Source: a virus (lineage: Duplodnaviria; Caudoviricetes). Taken from it: a stretch of DNA of 25,851 nucleotides. Below are positions 1 to 7,478 of the stretch, piece after piece. Each line of letters opens with the position of its first letter. Position 1 is the stretch's first letter. The position numbers and the translations under genes were made by a program. The notes beneath the pieces were generated by a model, which did no database searches, was not told the DNA's origin, and worked only from the letters and a program-made list of their open reading frames with translations. The stretch lies in IMG/VR virus record IMGVR_UViG_3300030330_000456, positions 1-25,851 of that record, one strand, 5' to 3'.

Positions 1-130
1 TTTCGATAACACCGACGACGGCGTGGTACGCCATCCAACCCAGAAAGCCAAGCACACACGCAAACAGAAGCATCTCAATGCCGTCGTGCGTGAGGTAGTA
101 GTTCCTCACCCTGTGCCACAGCTTACTCAT
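1..130 (-). CDS. Small membrane protein, partial (runs off the window start)
   Basis: Manually translated from the ATG at 130: MSKLWHRVRNYYLTHDGIEMLLFACVLGFLGWMAYHAVVGVIE... It has a hydrophobic helix, and its start overlaps the end of 123..404. Not in the ORF track. Confidence 0.6.
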   Translation of the reverse strand, partial: MSKLWHRVRNYYLTHDGIEMLLFACVLGFLGWMAYHAVVGVIE

Positions 131-404
131 GTTCGCCCCCGTTGCCTCGTCCCAAGCCACCGAAATACTGCGGCCTACGCTTGGCAGTCTCAAACACGCC
201 CAACGTGATAAAGATACCAGCAAGCAAGATTGCGTGGACAAGCGCACTGACACCAAACACGACAATCGATCCCACCCACGACGAAAAGATTATACACCAC
301 ATCCACGCAAGAACTTGCATGATCATGTGTCGGGTGTTGAGGTCGGGGATGTTGGACAGCGGGTTCTTTGCGCTGTCCATCACCAGTTGATAGAGCCTAG
401 TCAT
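123..404 (-). CDS. Hypothetical phage membrane protein (two TM helices)
   Basis: 93-aa ORF with hydrophobic stretches MIMQVLAWMWCIIFSSWVG and IVVFGVSALVHAILLAGIFITLGVF; coupled to neighbours on both sides. Confidence 0.75.
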   Translation of the reverse strand: MTRLYQLVMDSAKNPLSNIPDLNTRHMIMQVLAWMWCIIFSSWVGSIVVFGVSALVHAILLAGIFITLGVFETAKRRPQYFGGLGRGNGGEHE

Positions 405-564
405 ACTCTGTTTCCCATCGTTTCTTTGCCAAGTCTACAGCAGCAAGATGTAAATCTTCTTCCTTGTAGCTGTATGGATCGCCCGAGACAAAGAGGGGCC
501 GTAGCTCCTCTATTGCCTCGTCGTACAAGCGTTCAAGAGTCATCTCGTTCTGGTGATTACTCAT
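397..564 (-). CDS. Hypothetical protein
   Basis: Likely start MSNHQNEMTLERL at 564, preceded by GAGGAGG; overlaps the stop of 557..799. Confidence 0.7.
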   Translation of the reverse strand: MSNHQNEMTLERLYDEAIEELRPLFVSGDPYSYKEEDLHLAAVDLAKKRWETEYD

Positions 565-799
565 CGCTTGGCACCTCCTCTTCGTACACATAGTCCCGAT
601 ACCACATCTTGTTACCCTCACTGTCAACCGGCGGAGTGAACTTTAGCGTGTGATGCAAGAGATGTTGAAGATGTTCTAGCTTTCCCACGTCGGACATCCA
701 GATGTCGTGACATTCGTGGAGCGTAGTGATCATGTTACGCAGATCATTGTGTGCCTTCAAAAGCTGTCGGCGGTCGTCGTCTTTTACAGTTACTTCCAT
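557..799 (-). CDS. Hypothetical protein
   Basis: 80-aa ORF with an AGGAG Shine-Dalgarno upstream; first gene downstream of a putative promoter. Confidence 0.75.
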   Translation of the reverse strand: MEVTVKDDDRRQLLKAHNDLRNMITTLHECHDIWMSDVGKLEHLQHLLHHTLKFTPPVDSEGNKMWYRDYVYEEEVPSDE

Positions 800-834
800 G
801 TGTCAATCTCCTATGTTTGACGTTGTGTTAATTA

Positions 835-864
835 GCCATACAGGTAATGCAACACAACTGTCAA
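835..864 (-). promoter_or_regulatory. Putative sigma70-type promoter
   Basis: Minus-strand TTGACA (864-859), 18 nt spacer, TATGGC. It lies just downstream of the terminator and upstream of 557..799. The -10 match is weak. Confidence 0.45.
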
Positions 865-867
865 CAC

Positions 868-903
868 AAAAAGAAACAGGGCCAGTCCGAAAACCAGCCC
901 TGC
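868..903 (-). terminator. Rho-independent terminator
   Basis: Minus strand reads GCAGGGCTGGTT-TTCG-GACTGGCCCTGT (12-bp stem with G-U pairs, UUCG loop), then TTCTTTTT, about 20 nt after the stop of 926..1213. Confidence 0.8.
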
Positions 904-925
904 TTCCCAAGGAGACCAAACGATG

Positions 926-1213
926 TCACCGCACTTCGTACGGTATACACAGCTTTAGCACCACTTTCTCGTACCTGTCAAGCCATCGTTGACACTCTCT
1001 CTCACTCTTGCTGACAAAAAGTGCAACCCATCGTGGGTAGTCAACGCAAGCCTTTGATCTGACAAAATCTTTGCGTGTCTCTCCGATACGGACAGATGAC
1101 ACGGGGGCGACAACTTCGTATCGTCCCTTACCTCGCTCTTCAACAAGAGGCAACAACTCCTCCCCCTTGCGGTCCCGAAACACTCGTATCTTTCTCTGTA
1201 ACTTCACCCTCAT
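926..1213 (-). CDS. Hypothetical basic protein
   Basis: 95-aa ORF with GAGGAG upstream (the GTG at 1207 has better spacing), followed by a terminator. Confidence 0.65.
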   Translation of the reverse strand: MRVKLQRKIRVFRDRKGEELLPLVEERGKGRYEVVAPVSSVRIGETRKDFVRSKACVDYPRWVALFVSKSERECQRWLDRYEKVVLKLCIPYEVR

Positions 1214-1400
1214 ACTCCTCGTCCTCTATTGCTTCGATGTAGATGTCTATGGCCTCACGAATTAGGTCAGCAACTGTGACCTTTTCTATCCCTGCCTGTG
1301 TTAGGTTGTGTGAATGTGTTGACAAAATATCGTACTGTCGTTGAGGCATCAACAGATTGTACAACTTTGTATCCTCACGAATCTTGTGGGGTCTTCCCAT
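1140..1400 (-). CDS. Putative ribbon-helix-helix (CopG/Arc-like) DNA-binding protein
   Basis: MGRP start with AAGGA upstream, a beta-strand-like KLYNLLM, a helix, and a helix-B-like TVADLIREAIDIYI. The track start is 1418; the ATG at 1400 is preferred. Confidence 0.6.
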   Translation of the reverse strand: MGRPHKIREDTKLYNLLMPQRQYDILSTHSHNLTQAGIEKVTVADLIREAIDIYIEAIEDEEYEGEVTEKDTSVSGPQGGGVVASC

Positions 1401-1527
1401 CACGGATTTCCTTTTCATGTGTTTTCTTTTTTTGCTTTTCCCTCTTGTCTTGGATTACTCTTTTTCGATAGAGGTTATCCCTAAGGGATTTAGCAATGGG
1501 GTTTATTTTTTCTATTTTTTTTATCAT
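1375..1527 (-). CDS. 50-aa basic peptide, ArfA-like
   Basis: Manually translated intact ORF MIKKIEKINPIAKSLRDNLYRKRVIQDKREKQKKKTHEKEIRDGKTPQDS*, with AGGGA upstream of the ATG and overlap with the next start. Below the ORF-track length cutoff. Confidence 0.7.
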   Translation of the reverse strand: MIKKIEKINPIAKSLRDNLYRKRVIQDKREKQKKKTHEKEIRDGKTPQDS

Positions 1528-1553
1528 GGGGTTTCCCTAAAGGGGGGTATCTG

Positions 1554-1605
1554 ATAGTGGCCGACAAAATTTTGCTTGTCAAGGGATATCTGTATGGGTT
1601 ACGTT
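1554..1605. promoter_or_regulatory. Divergent promoter region
   Basis: Leftward TTGACA (1582-1577)-17 nt-CACTAT; possible rightward TTGTCA (1576-1581)-18 nt-TACGTT. Lies between the divergent ATGs at 1527 and 1626. Confidence 0.5.
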
Positions 1606-1625
1606 GACAAAAATCCAGAGGAGGT

Positions 1626-2432
1626 ATGATGACAAAATCACCACAGTGGTTAGCAACTTACGTCGATTCTCTCGACATACATCCGCTGACAAAATATCGT
1701 GCTGACTGTCCTGTTTGCGGCAAAAAGAATACATTTAGCGTCACTGACGACGGCGTACAGAGGTTGTGGTATTGTTTTCATGCTGACTGCAACGTCAGGG
1801 GGAGAACCAACATCACTCTGACAAAAGAGTTTGCAACACACGCTCTAGTGCGAAAGCTGACAAAACCCACAGAAAAAGTTGTTGACAACAATTTTCAGCC
1901 GCCAAGCACATTTGTCAGCCTTTCGCGTAATCGTGACGCAGAATTGTACGTGCGACGGGTGAATTCTTACGATGCGTATCTGACAGGTCGTGCGAATATT
2001 TGTTACGACTTTCAGCGACATCGTGTGGTGTATATGGTCAGTGACAACAGACGCACGGTTGATGCAGTGGGGCGTGCGCTGAATGATGTGCGTCCAAAGT
2101 GGTATCGATACGGCAAGTCACAGGTGCCATTTGTATGTGGCAATCACGGCAACGTGTTCGTGGTAGAAGATTGCGCCAGTGCATGTGCTGTGAGCAATAA
2201 AGTTACAGGCATGGCCTTACTTGGTACAAATCTACTGGACGAACACGTAAAACGACTGCAGGAATACGAACGTGTGTTCATTGCACTTGACAAGGATGCG
2301 ACTGACAAAGCACTTGACATGATAAGACGACTGCATTCTCTTGTACCCACCAGCTTGGCTGTGTTGCAACACGACTTGAAAAACATGACGGATAATGAAA
2401 GGGACGAATACATTGAAGAGCGTATCGCTTGA
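1626..2432 (+). CDS. Phage DNA primase (Zn-binding domain plus TOPRIM)
   Basis: CPVC...CFHADC zinc ribbon, TOPRIM VVED, ALLGT and IALDKD (DxD) motifs, GAGGAGG SD. Confidence 0.88.
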   Translation: MMTKSPQWLATYVDSLDIHPLTKYRADCPVCGKKNTFSVTDDGVQRLWYCFHADCNVRGRTNITLTKEFATHALVRKLTKPTEKVVDNNFQPPSTFVSLSRNRDAELYVRRVNSYDAYLTGRANICYDFQRHRVVYMVSDNRRTVDAVGRALNDVRPKWYRYGKSQVPFVCGNHGNVFVVEDCASACAVSNKVTGMALLGTNLLDEHVKRLQEYERVFIALDKDATDKALDMIRRLHSLVPTSLAVLQHDLKNMTDNERDEYIEERIA

Positions 2433-3633
2433 CCAACAAATACTCGGCTTCTGCCTGAACGCAGAATTCTTCTCGCAAGTAAAAAACACTCTTGACCGTG
2501 ACATGTTCACCAAAGAGATGCGAGATATCTTTGACACCATCGTGTACAGTCACACGAAGTATGGCACGACGATGACATCAACAGAGCTTGCTGCCTTGTT
2601 TGATGATCGCAATCCGGCTATGCCATCCAGTGCGCGAGACTCCGTACACGAAATCATTGTGCAGTTGGAGTCGGGTAATCCTGACAATACGGACATGCAC
2701 ATAGACATGGTCCAAAACTTCTGGCTACGTGATCGCGCACGTCTCATTGGCGAAAAGGCCATAGAAATTTTTACCGGTGAGAGCGAAGAGTTTGGAGAAC
2801 TACAGCGACTGATTGATGCTGTCGATGATGGCCGCATGTCTGACAAGAACACGTACACAGAAGTGTCTAGTGACCTCGATGAGTTGCTTGACGACGTGGC
2901 CGAAGACCCCGACTTTCCCTTTGATTTCAATCTGATACATGATGAGGTGCCGGGACTCGACCGTGGCAACTTTGGCATTTTGTTTGCAAGGCCGGAGGTT
3001 GGCAAGACAACCTTCTGCTGTTTCATTGCAGCGTCGTACATACGGCAGGGTGTCAAGGTTGTGTACTGGGCAAACGAGGAGCCTGCTGATCGCATCAAGC
3101 TGCGTATCATACAGTCCTTCTTTGAGGTGACGGACGAAGAGATGCGGCAACAGCGTGCCGTGCTGGCACAGAGGTATCTCACAGAGATAGCGCCCTACCT
3201 GCGGGTCATGGACTCGGTCGGCACGTCTGTCGAAGAGGCAGACGAGTACGCCAAGCTGAACAAGCCTGACGTGATGTTCATGGATCAGTTAGACAAGTTT
3301 CGCATCAAGGGCGAGTTCAACCGTCAAGATGAGAGACTAAAAGCCATCTATGTGTATGCACGCGAGATTGCCAAGCGTAACAAGATGCTTGTGTGGGCTG
3401 TCAGTCAGGCAAGTTATGAGGCACACGACCGTCAGTTTATTGACTACAGTATGCTGGACAACTCACGCACCGGTAAGGCTGGCGAGGCCGACATCATCAT
3501 TGGCATCGGCAAGACCGGATCAAGCGAGGTGGAGAACGACGTGCGTCACATCTGCGTGTCAAAAAACAAACTGAATGGCTGGCACGGCATGATCCATGCA
3601 CAGATCGACATCAACAAGGGGGTATACTTCTGA
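2395..3633 (+). CDS. SF4 (DnaB/T7 gp4-like) replicative helicase
   Basis: Walker A ARPEVGKT, catalytic NEE, Walker B FMDQLDK, VSQ motif and KNK. The true start may be the TTG at 2413. Confidence 0.9.
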   Translation: MKGTNTLKSVSLDQQILGFCLNAEFFSQVKNTLDRDMFTKEMRDIFDTIVYSHTKYGTTMTSTELAALFDDRNPAMPSSARDSVHEIIVQLESGNPDNTDMHIDMVQNFWLRDRARLIGEKAIEIFTGESEEFGELQRLIDAVDDGRMSDKNTYTEVSSDLDELLDDVAEDPDFPFDFNLIHDEVPGLDRGNFGILFARPEVGKTTFCCFIAASYIRQGVKVVYWANEEPADRIKLRIIQSFFEVTDEEMRQQRAVLAQRYLTEIAPYLRVMDSVGTSVEEADEYAKLNKPDVMFMDQLDKFRIKGEFNRQDERLKAIYVYAREIAKRNKMLVWAVSQASYEAHDRQFIDYSMLDNSRTGKAGEADIIIGIGKTGSSEVENDVRHICVSKNKLNGWHGMIHAQIDINKGVYF

Positions 3634-4235
3634 TGAATGTTTTGACGTTTGACGTGGAGACAACCCATGTGGAGAAACGGGGTGGGGGACATACCCCTCT
3701 ACCTTACTTTGGCAACAGGCTGGTGTCCATCGGATACAAGTGGCTGATTAGCAGTGTGGACTACGACTGCTATCATCACTCAACACAGCCACCGACTTCA
3801 AATGCGTTCACAAAATTTCAAGCCGCCTTGAAACACGCTGACATTCTCGTGGGTCACAACATTAAGTTTGACTTGACGTGGATACGAGAGTGCGGCTTTA
3901 CATATGAGGGACATATCTATGATACGATGGTTGCGGAATATCTTTTGGCCCGTGCAAGACGTTGGCCTCTTGGACTTGCTGCTCTTGCAAAAAAGTATAA
4001 CGTCACCAAAAAGGAGACGGACCTTGTGGAGCCGTATATCAAAGCAGGGAAGACGTTCTACGACATACCGTGGGAGATCATAGAAGAGTATGGTCGTGCT
4101 GATGTAAAGGCAACAGAAGAGATAGCTATCAAACAACTTGACGCCTATGGCGTAACTTTCAAGGAGATATTCAATGAGCCTCGTACCGACACTGAAGCTG
4201 TCGCTGGAGATGACCAACGTACTGTCGCAAATTGA
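3633..4235 (+). CDS. Stand-alone DEDDy 3'-5' exonuclease (proofreading domain of PolA)
   Basis: ExoI FDVET, ExoII VGHNIKFD, YDTM and ExoIII YGRAD; TGATG overlap with the helicase stop. Confidence 0.88.
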   Translation: MNVLTFDVETTHVEKRGGGHTPLPYFGNRLVSIGYKWLISSVDYDCYHHSTQPPTSNAFTKFQAALKHADILVGHNIKFDLTWIRECGFTYEGHIYDTMVAEYLLARARRWPLGLAALAKKYNVTKKETDLVEPYIKAGKTFYDIPWEIIEEYGRADVKATEEIAIKQLDAYGVTFKEIFNEPRTDTEAVAGDDQRTVAN

Positions 4236-5709
4236 ACGCAACGGACTGCGTATCAATCTGGACACTCTTGCAGACATACGCAAGCAGTACGAAGAAGAGA
4301 TGCTGGAGCTAGAGGCCCGACTGATGGAACTGGCTCGTGAGGCCATGGGTGACACACCTATCAATCTGTCTAGCCCAGATGATCGCAGTATCCTGTTGTA
4401 CTCGCGTCGTGTGCGAGACAAGAAAGAGTGGGCGCGTATGTTCAATTTGGGGCATGAGATGCGCGGGTCGACCATGAAACCCAAGCAGCGCGTCCGCATG
4501 TCAAACAACGAATTTCGTGGTGTCGTTCGTCGTCACACGGACGTGGTGTATCGCACACACGGGCAGATGTGTGGGGAATGCAACGGGGCAGGTCGTAAGC
4601 AGGGCGTCCGTAAGGACGGCAGTCCGGGTAAGGCTGTCCGTGTGTGCAAGCCATGTGGTGGTTCCGGTATTGTGTACACGTCTACGGGCAGGGTGGCGGG
4701 TTTCAAGATCGTTCCCCGCTCTTCTTTCGACACGGCCTCTGCTGGGTTCCGCACAGACAAAGTAACACTAGAGGAACAACTAGAAGATTTGCAGGGAGAT
4801 GCACATGAGTTTGTTTCGGCATACACAAGATACAACGCCCTCAAGACGTACATCAACACGTTTGTGGAGGGCATGGAAAACAACGTGGATGACCACGGTT
4901 TTATCCATCCAGAGTTCATGCAGTGTGTTACGGCGACGGGTCGCCTTTCGAGTCGCAATCCTAACTTTCAGAATATGCCGCGTGGAAATACCTTCGCTAT
5001 ACGGAAGGTTGTCGAGAGCCGCTTCGAGGGCGGCTTCATCATGGAGGGGGATTACTCGCAACTAGAGTTTCGCGTGGCTGGCTTCCTTGCGGGAGACAAG
5101 CAGGCGTACAATGACGTGTATGATGGCACAGACGTACACAGCTACACGGCGGACGTGATTGGCTGCACACGTCAACAAGCCAAGGCCCACACGTTTAAGC
5201 CTCTGTACGGCGGCACCACAGGCACTGATGCACAGAAGCGGTACTACCGTGCCTTCAAGGAGAAGTACGAAGACATCACCATGTGGCACGGCGAGTTACA
5301 GAGGAACGCTGTCAAATACAAAAAAATACGACTACCGTCAGGCAGGGAGTACATGTTCCCCGGATGCAAGTGGACAGAGTGGGGCACAGCTACGAACAGG
5401 ACGGCTATTTGCAACTACCCTGTGCAGGGCTTTGCTACTGCAGACTTACTGCCAATGGCTCTGGTGTCGTTGCAGAAGACGATTACTGACGCCAACATAC
5501 GGAGCGTGATCTGTAACACGGTTCACGACTCCATAGTGATGGATGTCCATCCAGAAGAAAAAGACACTTGCATTGATATTTTAAAACATGCAATGCTGTC
5601 TTTACCGTTTGAAACTATTCGGAGATACGGACTGACTTATGACATGCCTGTTGGCATAGAGATCAAGATGGGTAAAAACTGGCTTGACTTGGAAGAAGTT
5701 ATTCTGTAA
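4174..5709 (+). CDS. polA: Family A DNA polymerase (polymerase domain) with DnaJ-type zinc-finger insertion
   Basis: TATGRLSSRNPNFQNMPR, motif A DYSQLEFR, motif B RQQAKAHTFKPLYG, NYPVQG, motif C VHDS; CGECNGAG and CKPCGGSG; AAGGAG SD before the ATG at 4174. Confidence 0.95.
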   Translation: MSLVPTLKLSLEMTNVLSQIERNGLRINLDTLADIRKQYEEEMLELEARLMELAREAMGDTPINLSSPDDRSILLYSRRVRDKKEWARMFNLGHEMRGSTMKPKQRVRMSNNEFRGVVRRHTDVVYRTHGQMCGECNGAGRKQGVRKDGSPGKAVRVCKPCGGSGIVYTSTGRVAGFKIVPRSSFDTASAGFRTDKVTLEEQLEDLQGDAHEFVSAYTRYNALKTYINTFVEGMENNVDDHGFIHPEFMQCVTATGRLSSRNPNFQNMPRGNTFAIRKVVESRFEGGFIMEGDYSQLEFRVAGFLAGDKQAYNDVYDGTDVHSYTADVIGCTRQQAKAHTFKPLYGGTTGTDAQKRYYRAFKEKYEDITMWHGELQRNAVKYKKIRLPSGREYMFPGCKWTEWGTATNRTAICNYPVQGFATADLLPMALVSLQKTITDANIRSVICNTVHDSIVMDVHPEEKDTCIDILKHAMLSLPFETIRRYGLTYDMPVGIEIKMGKNWLDLEEVIL

Positions 5710-5712
5710 GAT
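5684..5712 (+). promoter_or_regulatory. Putative internal sigma70 promoter
   Basis: TTGACT (5684-5689)-17 nt-TAAGAT (5707-5712), just upstream of the first intergenic gap in the operon. Confidence 0.6.
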
Positions 5713-5743
5713 CGTTCTACAACCCTGTCTAACGAGGTGAAAC

Positions 5744-6601
5744 ATGTTAGGGACAAATCTAGCGGCACTCGACGATGTGGATAAACTCGTCCAAGCATTC
5801 GAGTCTGGTGATGATCAGGCACTGATGGATGCAACGGGACAATCGACTGGCGGTAATCGTCAGGTTGGCCTGCCAAGAATCAACATCAACTATGATGCCG
5901 AGGATGAGGACGGAAAGTCTCTCACCCGTGGTGAATGGAAGATGATGTACGAGGGTAGGATGATCTACGCGCCCTCTGTCGACATACAAATTTTGTTGCG
6001 TACCTATGAGTACAGTGTGTGGGATCAGGAGACTGGCTCCTTCTCGTGTAAGTCTGTCCAAAAGACTTTGCTGTCAGGCGACTTCCCCGACAGTTTGGGT
6101 GGCAACAAGTGTGGTCGTCTGACAAGAGATCAAGAGGACGCGCTGTCAAAGGATGATCCGGCTTACCTGCACTCTCGCTCTGTGGTGTGCAATCAGGTGA
6201 TTTACGGTAAGATCACGGGGGACTTTGTGGACTCTGACGGTAACGCAGTGCAGATCAAAGATCAGCCAATCATCTCTTACTTCAAGAGGTCTGGCTTCAA
6301 GCCAGTGTCTGACTACATCGACACGCTGAACAAGCAGAAGAAAGTGATGCAAAAATCCATCGCAAACTTCTCCACTTCTAAAAACAAGAAGGGCAGCGTG
6401 ACGTACTGGGTTCCTGTCGTGACCCCAGTGAAAGTGACGGACATTAAGGATGAAGACAAGGAACTGATGCGGATGTTTGGGGACACTGTGAAGGCTCACA
6501 ACGAGACCATCACCAACCAATATCGCGAAGCAGTCAAGCTGATGGCAACTGATGACGAAAGCGATCTAGCATCGGATTTCGTCGATGTTCACGCAACTTA
6601 A
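5744..6601 (+). CDS. Probable single-stranded DNA-binding protein
   Basis: Located between the polymerase and nucleases, with an acidic C-terminal tail (DDESDLASDFVDV) and a GAGGTG SD. The function is inferred from position and the tail. Confidence 0.6.
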   Translation: MLGTNLAALDDVDKLVQAFESGDDQALMDATGQSTGGNRQVGLPRININYDAEDEDGKSLTRGEWKMMYEGRMIYAPSVDIQILLRTYEYSVWDQETGSFSCKSVQKTLLSGDFPDSLGGNKCGRLTRDQEDALSKDDPAYLHSRSVVCNQVIYGKITGDFVDSDGNAVQIKDQPIISYFKRSGFKPVSDYIDTLNKQKKVMQKSIANFSTSKNKKGSVTYWVPVVTPVKVTDIKDEDKELMRMFGDTVKAHNETITNQYREAVKLMATDDESDLASDFVDVHAT

Positions 6602-7478
6602 AGTCCAAGACTTTCTATCAAACGCACTCCGGGGGGAAGTAAATGTCTCCCCGGAAAGCATTAGTAACTTTTCCAAAGACTGCACGGATGCCATCACCAA
6701 ACAGATGAATCGTGGTGATGAGGGCTATCGCATACGCATGTCTGGACTAGGACGCCCTTTGTGTCAGCAACTGTTGGAGCGTGAGGGTCACAGAGAAGAG
6801 ATGGAGTACAACGCCATCTTTCGTTTTCTGTTTGGTGATCTTACAGAAGCCGTCGTAATGATGATGTTACGAGAGGCAGGTGTTGAGATCGTAGACTTCC
6901 AACGTCCTGTCGAACTAGAGATAGCCGGACATAAAATCAAAGGCACTCTTGACGTAATTCTCCGTGACGAACTTGGCGAAGAAAAAGTCTGGGACATCAA
7001 GTCCGCAAGTGAGTGGGCGTACAAATACAAATATACTGGCGCTGGTGGCTATGAGGCTATTAAGCGGGATGATCCCTTTGGGTACGCCATGCAGGGCTTT
7101 CTGTACGCAGAGGCCACCGGGTTGCCCTTTGGCGGCTGGATCGTGGTCAACAAGTCCAGCGGAGAGATAGCCGTCGTAGATGTGCCTGACTGGTGCCAAG
7201 ACGACAAGAAGGAATACCTCAAGGACGCTGTGCGGCGTGTCAAAATATTGACAGACCCGAGTGTCAAACCTCGGATAGACTTCAAGGACGAATTCGAGAC
7301 GTTTCGCAAGGACGGCGAGGATGTCCGCACAGGTAACAAGGTTCTTGCGAGACAGTGCGGCATGTGCGGCTTTAAGCATCACTGCTGGCCTAACGCTGTG
7401 TATCACGACAAAGTCACGTCTCGTGCCAAGAACAGACCTAAAACTTGGTACAGCAGACTAAAAAAGAAGATTTTGTGA
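6585..7478 (+). CDS. Cas4/RecB-like PD-(D/E)XK exonuclease
   Basis: RMSGLGRPLCQ, GTLD...WDIKS, QGFLYA and C-terminal CGMCGFKHHC (1+3 Cys pattern). Confidence 0.85.
   Translation: MFTQLKVQDFLSNALRGEVNVSPESISNFSKDCTDAITKQMNRGDEGYRIRMSGLGRPLCQQLLEREGHREEMEYNAIFRFLFGDLTEAVVMMMLREAGVEIVDFQRPVELEIAGHKIKGTLDVILRDELGEEKVWDIKSASEWAYKYKYTGAGGYEAIKRDDPFGYAMQGFLYAEATGLPFGGWIVVNKSSGEIAVVDVPDWCQDDKKEYLKDAVRRVKILTDPSVKPRIDFKDEFETFRKDGEDVRTGNKVLARQCGMCGFKHHCWPNAVYHDKVTSRAKNRPKTWYSRLKKKIL

Larger units (their letters stand above)
1012..1865 (+). repeat. Dispersed direct-repeat cluster TGACAAAA (8 exact copies, same orientation)
   Basis: Exact copies start at 1012, 1060, 1320, 1605, 1630, 1687, 1819 and 1858, with near copies at 1562 and 1883. 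TGACAAAATATCGT is identical at 1320 and 1687. Confidence 0.8.

Noticed and set aside
1419-1530. T-rich tract as a non-coding AT-rich unwinding element or terminator
   Set aside because: It is explained as the reverse complement of Lys/Glu codons in the 50-aa ORF 1375..1527; a dual role is not excluded.
1477-1544. Short palindromes ATCCCT-A-AGGGAT (1477-1489) and CCCT-AA-AGGG (1535-1544), and ATGGGGTTT twice
   Set aside because: Too short to support a call; they overlap coding sequence and the SD.
1604-1630. TTGACA...TATGAT as the primase promoter
   Set aside because: The spacer is only 15 nt and the -10 overlaps the start codon.
2283-2319. GCACTTGACA repeat and TGACAA near-copies in the primase 3' end
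   Set aside because: Explained by ALD codons around the TOPRIM DxD motif; not counted in the array.
2550-5061. Long antisense ORFs (2550..3182, 3798..4508, 4533..4958)
   Set aside because: Shadows of well-supported helicase, exonuclease and polymerase genes, with no motifs.
6585-7478. CRISPR-Cas locus
   Set aside because: No cas1/cas2 and no repeat-spacer array; the nuclease sits in a replication operon.
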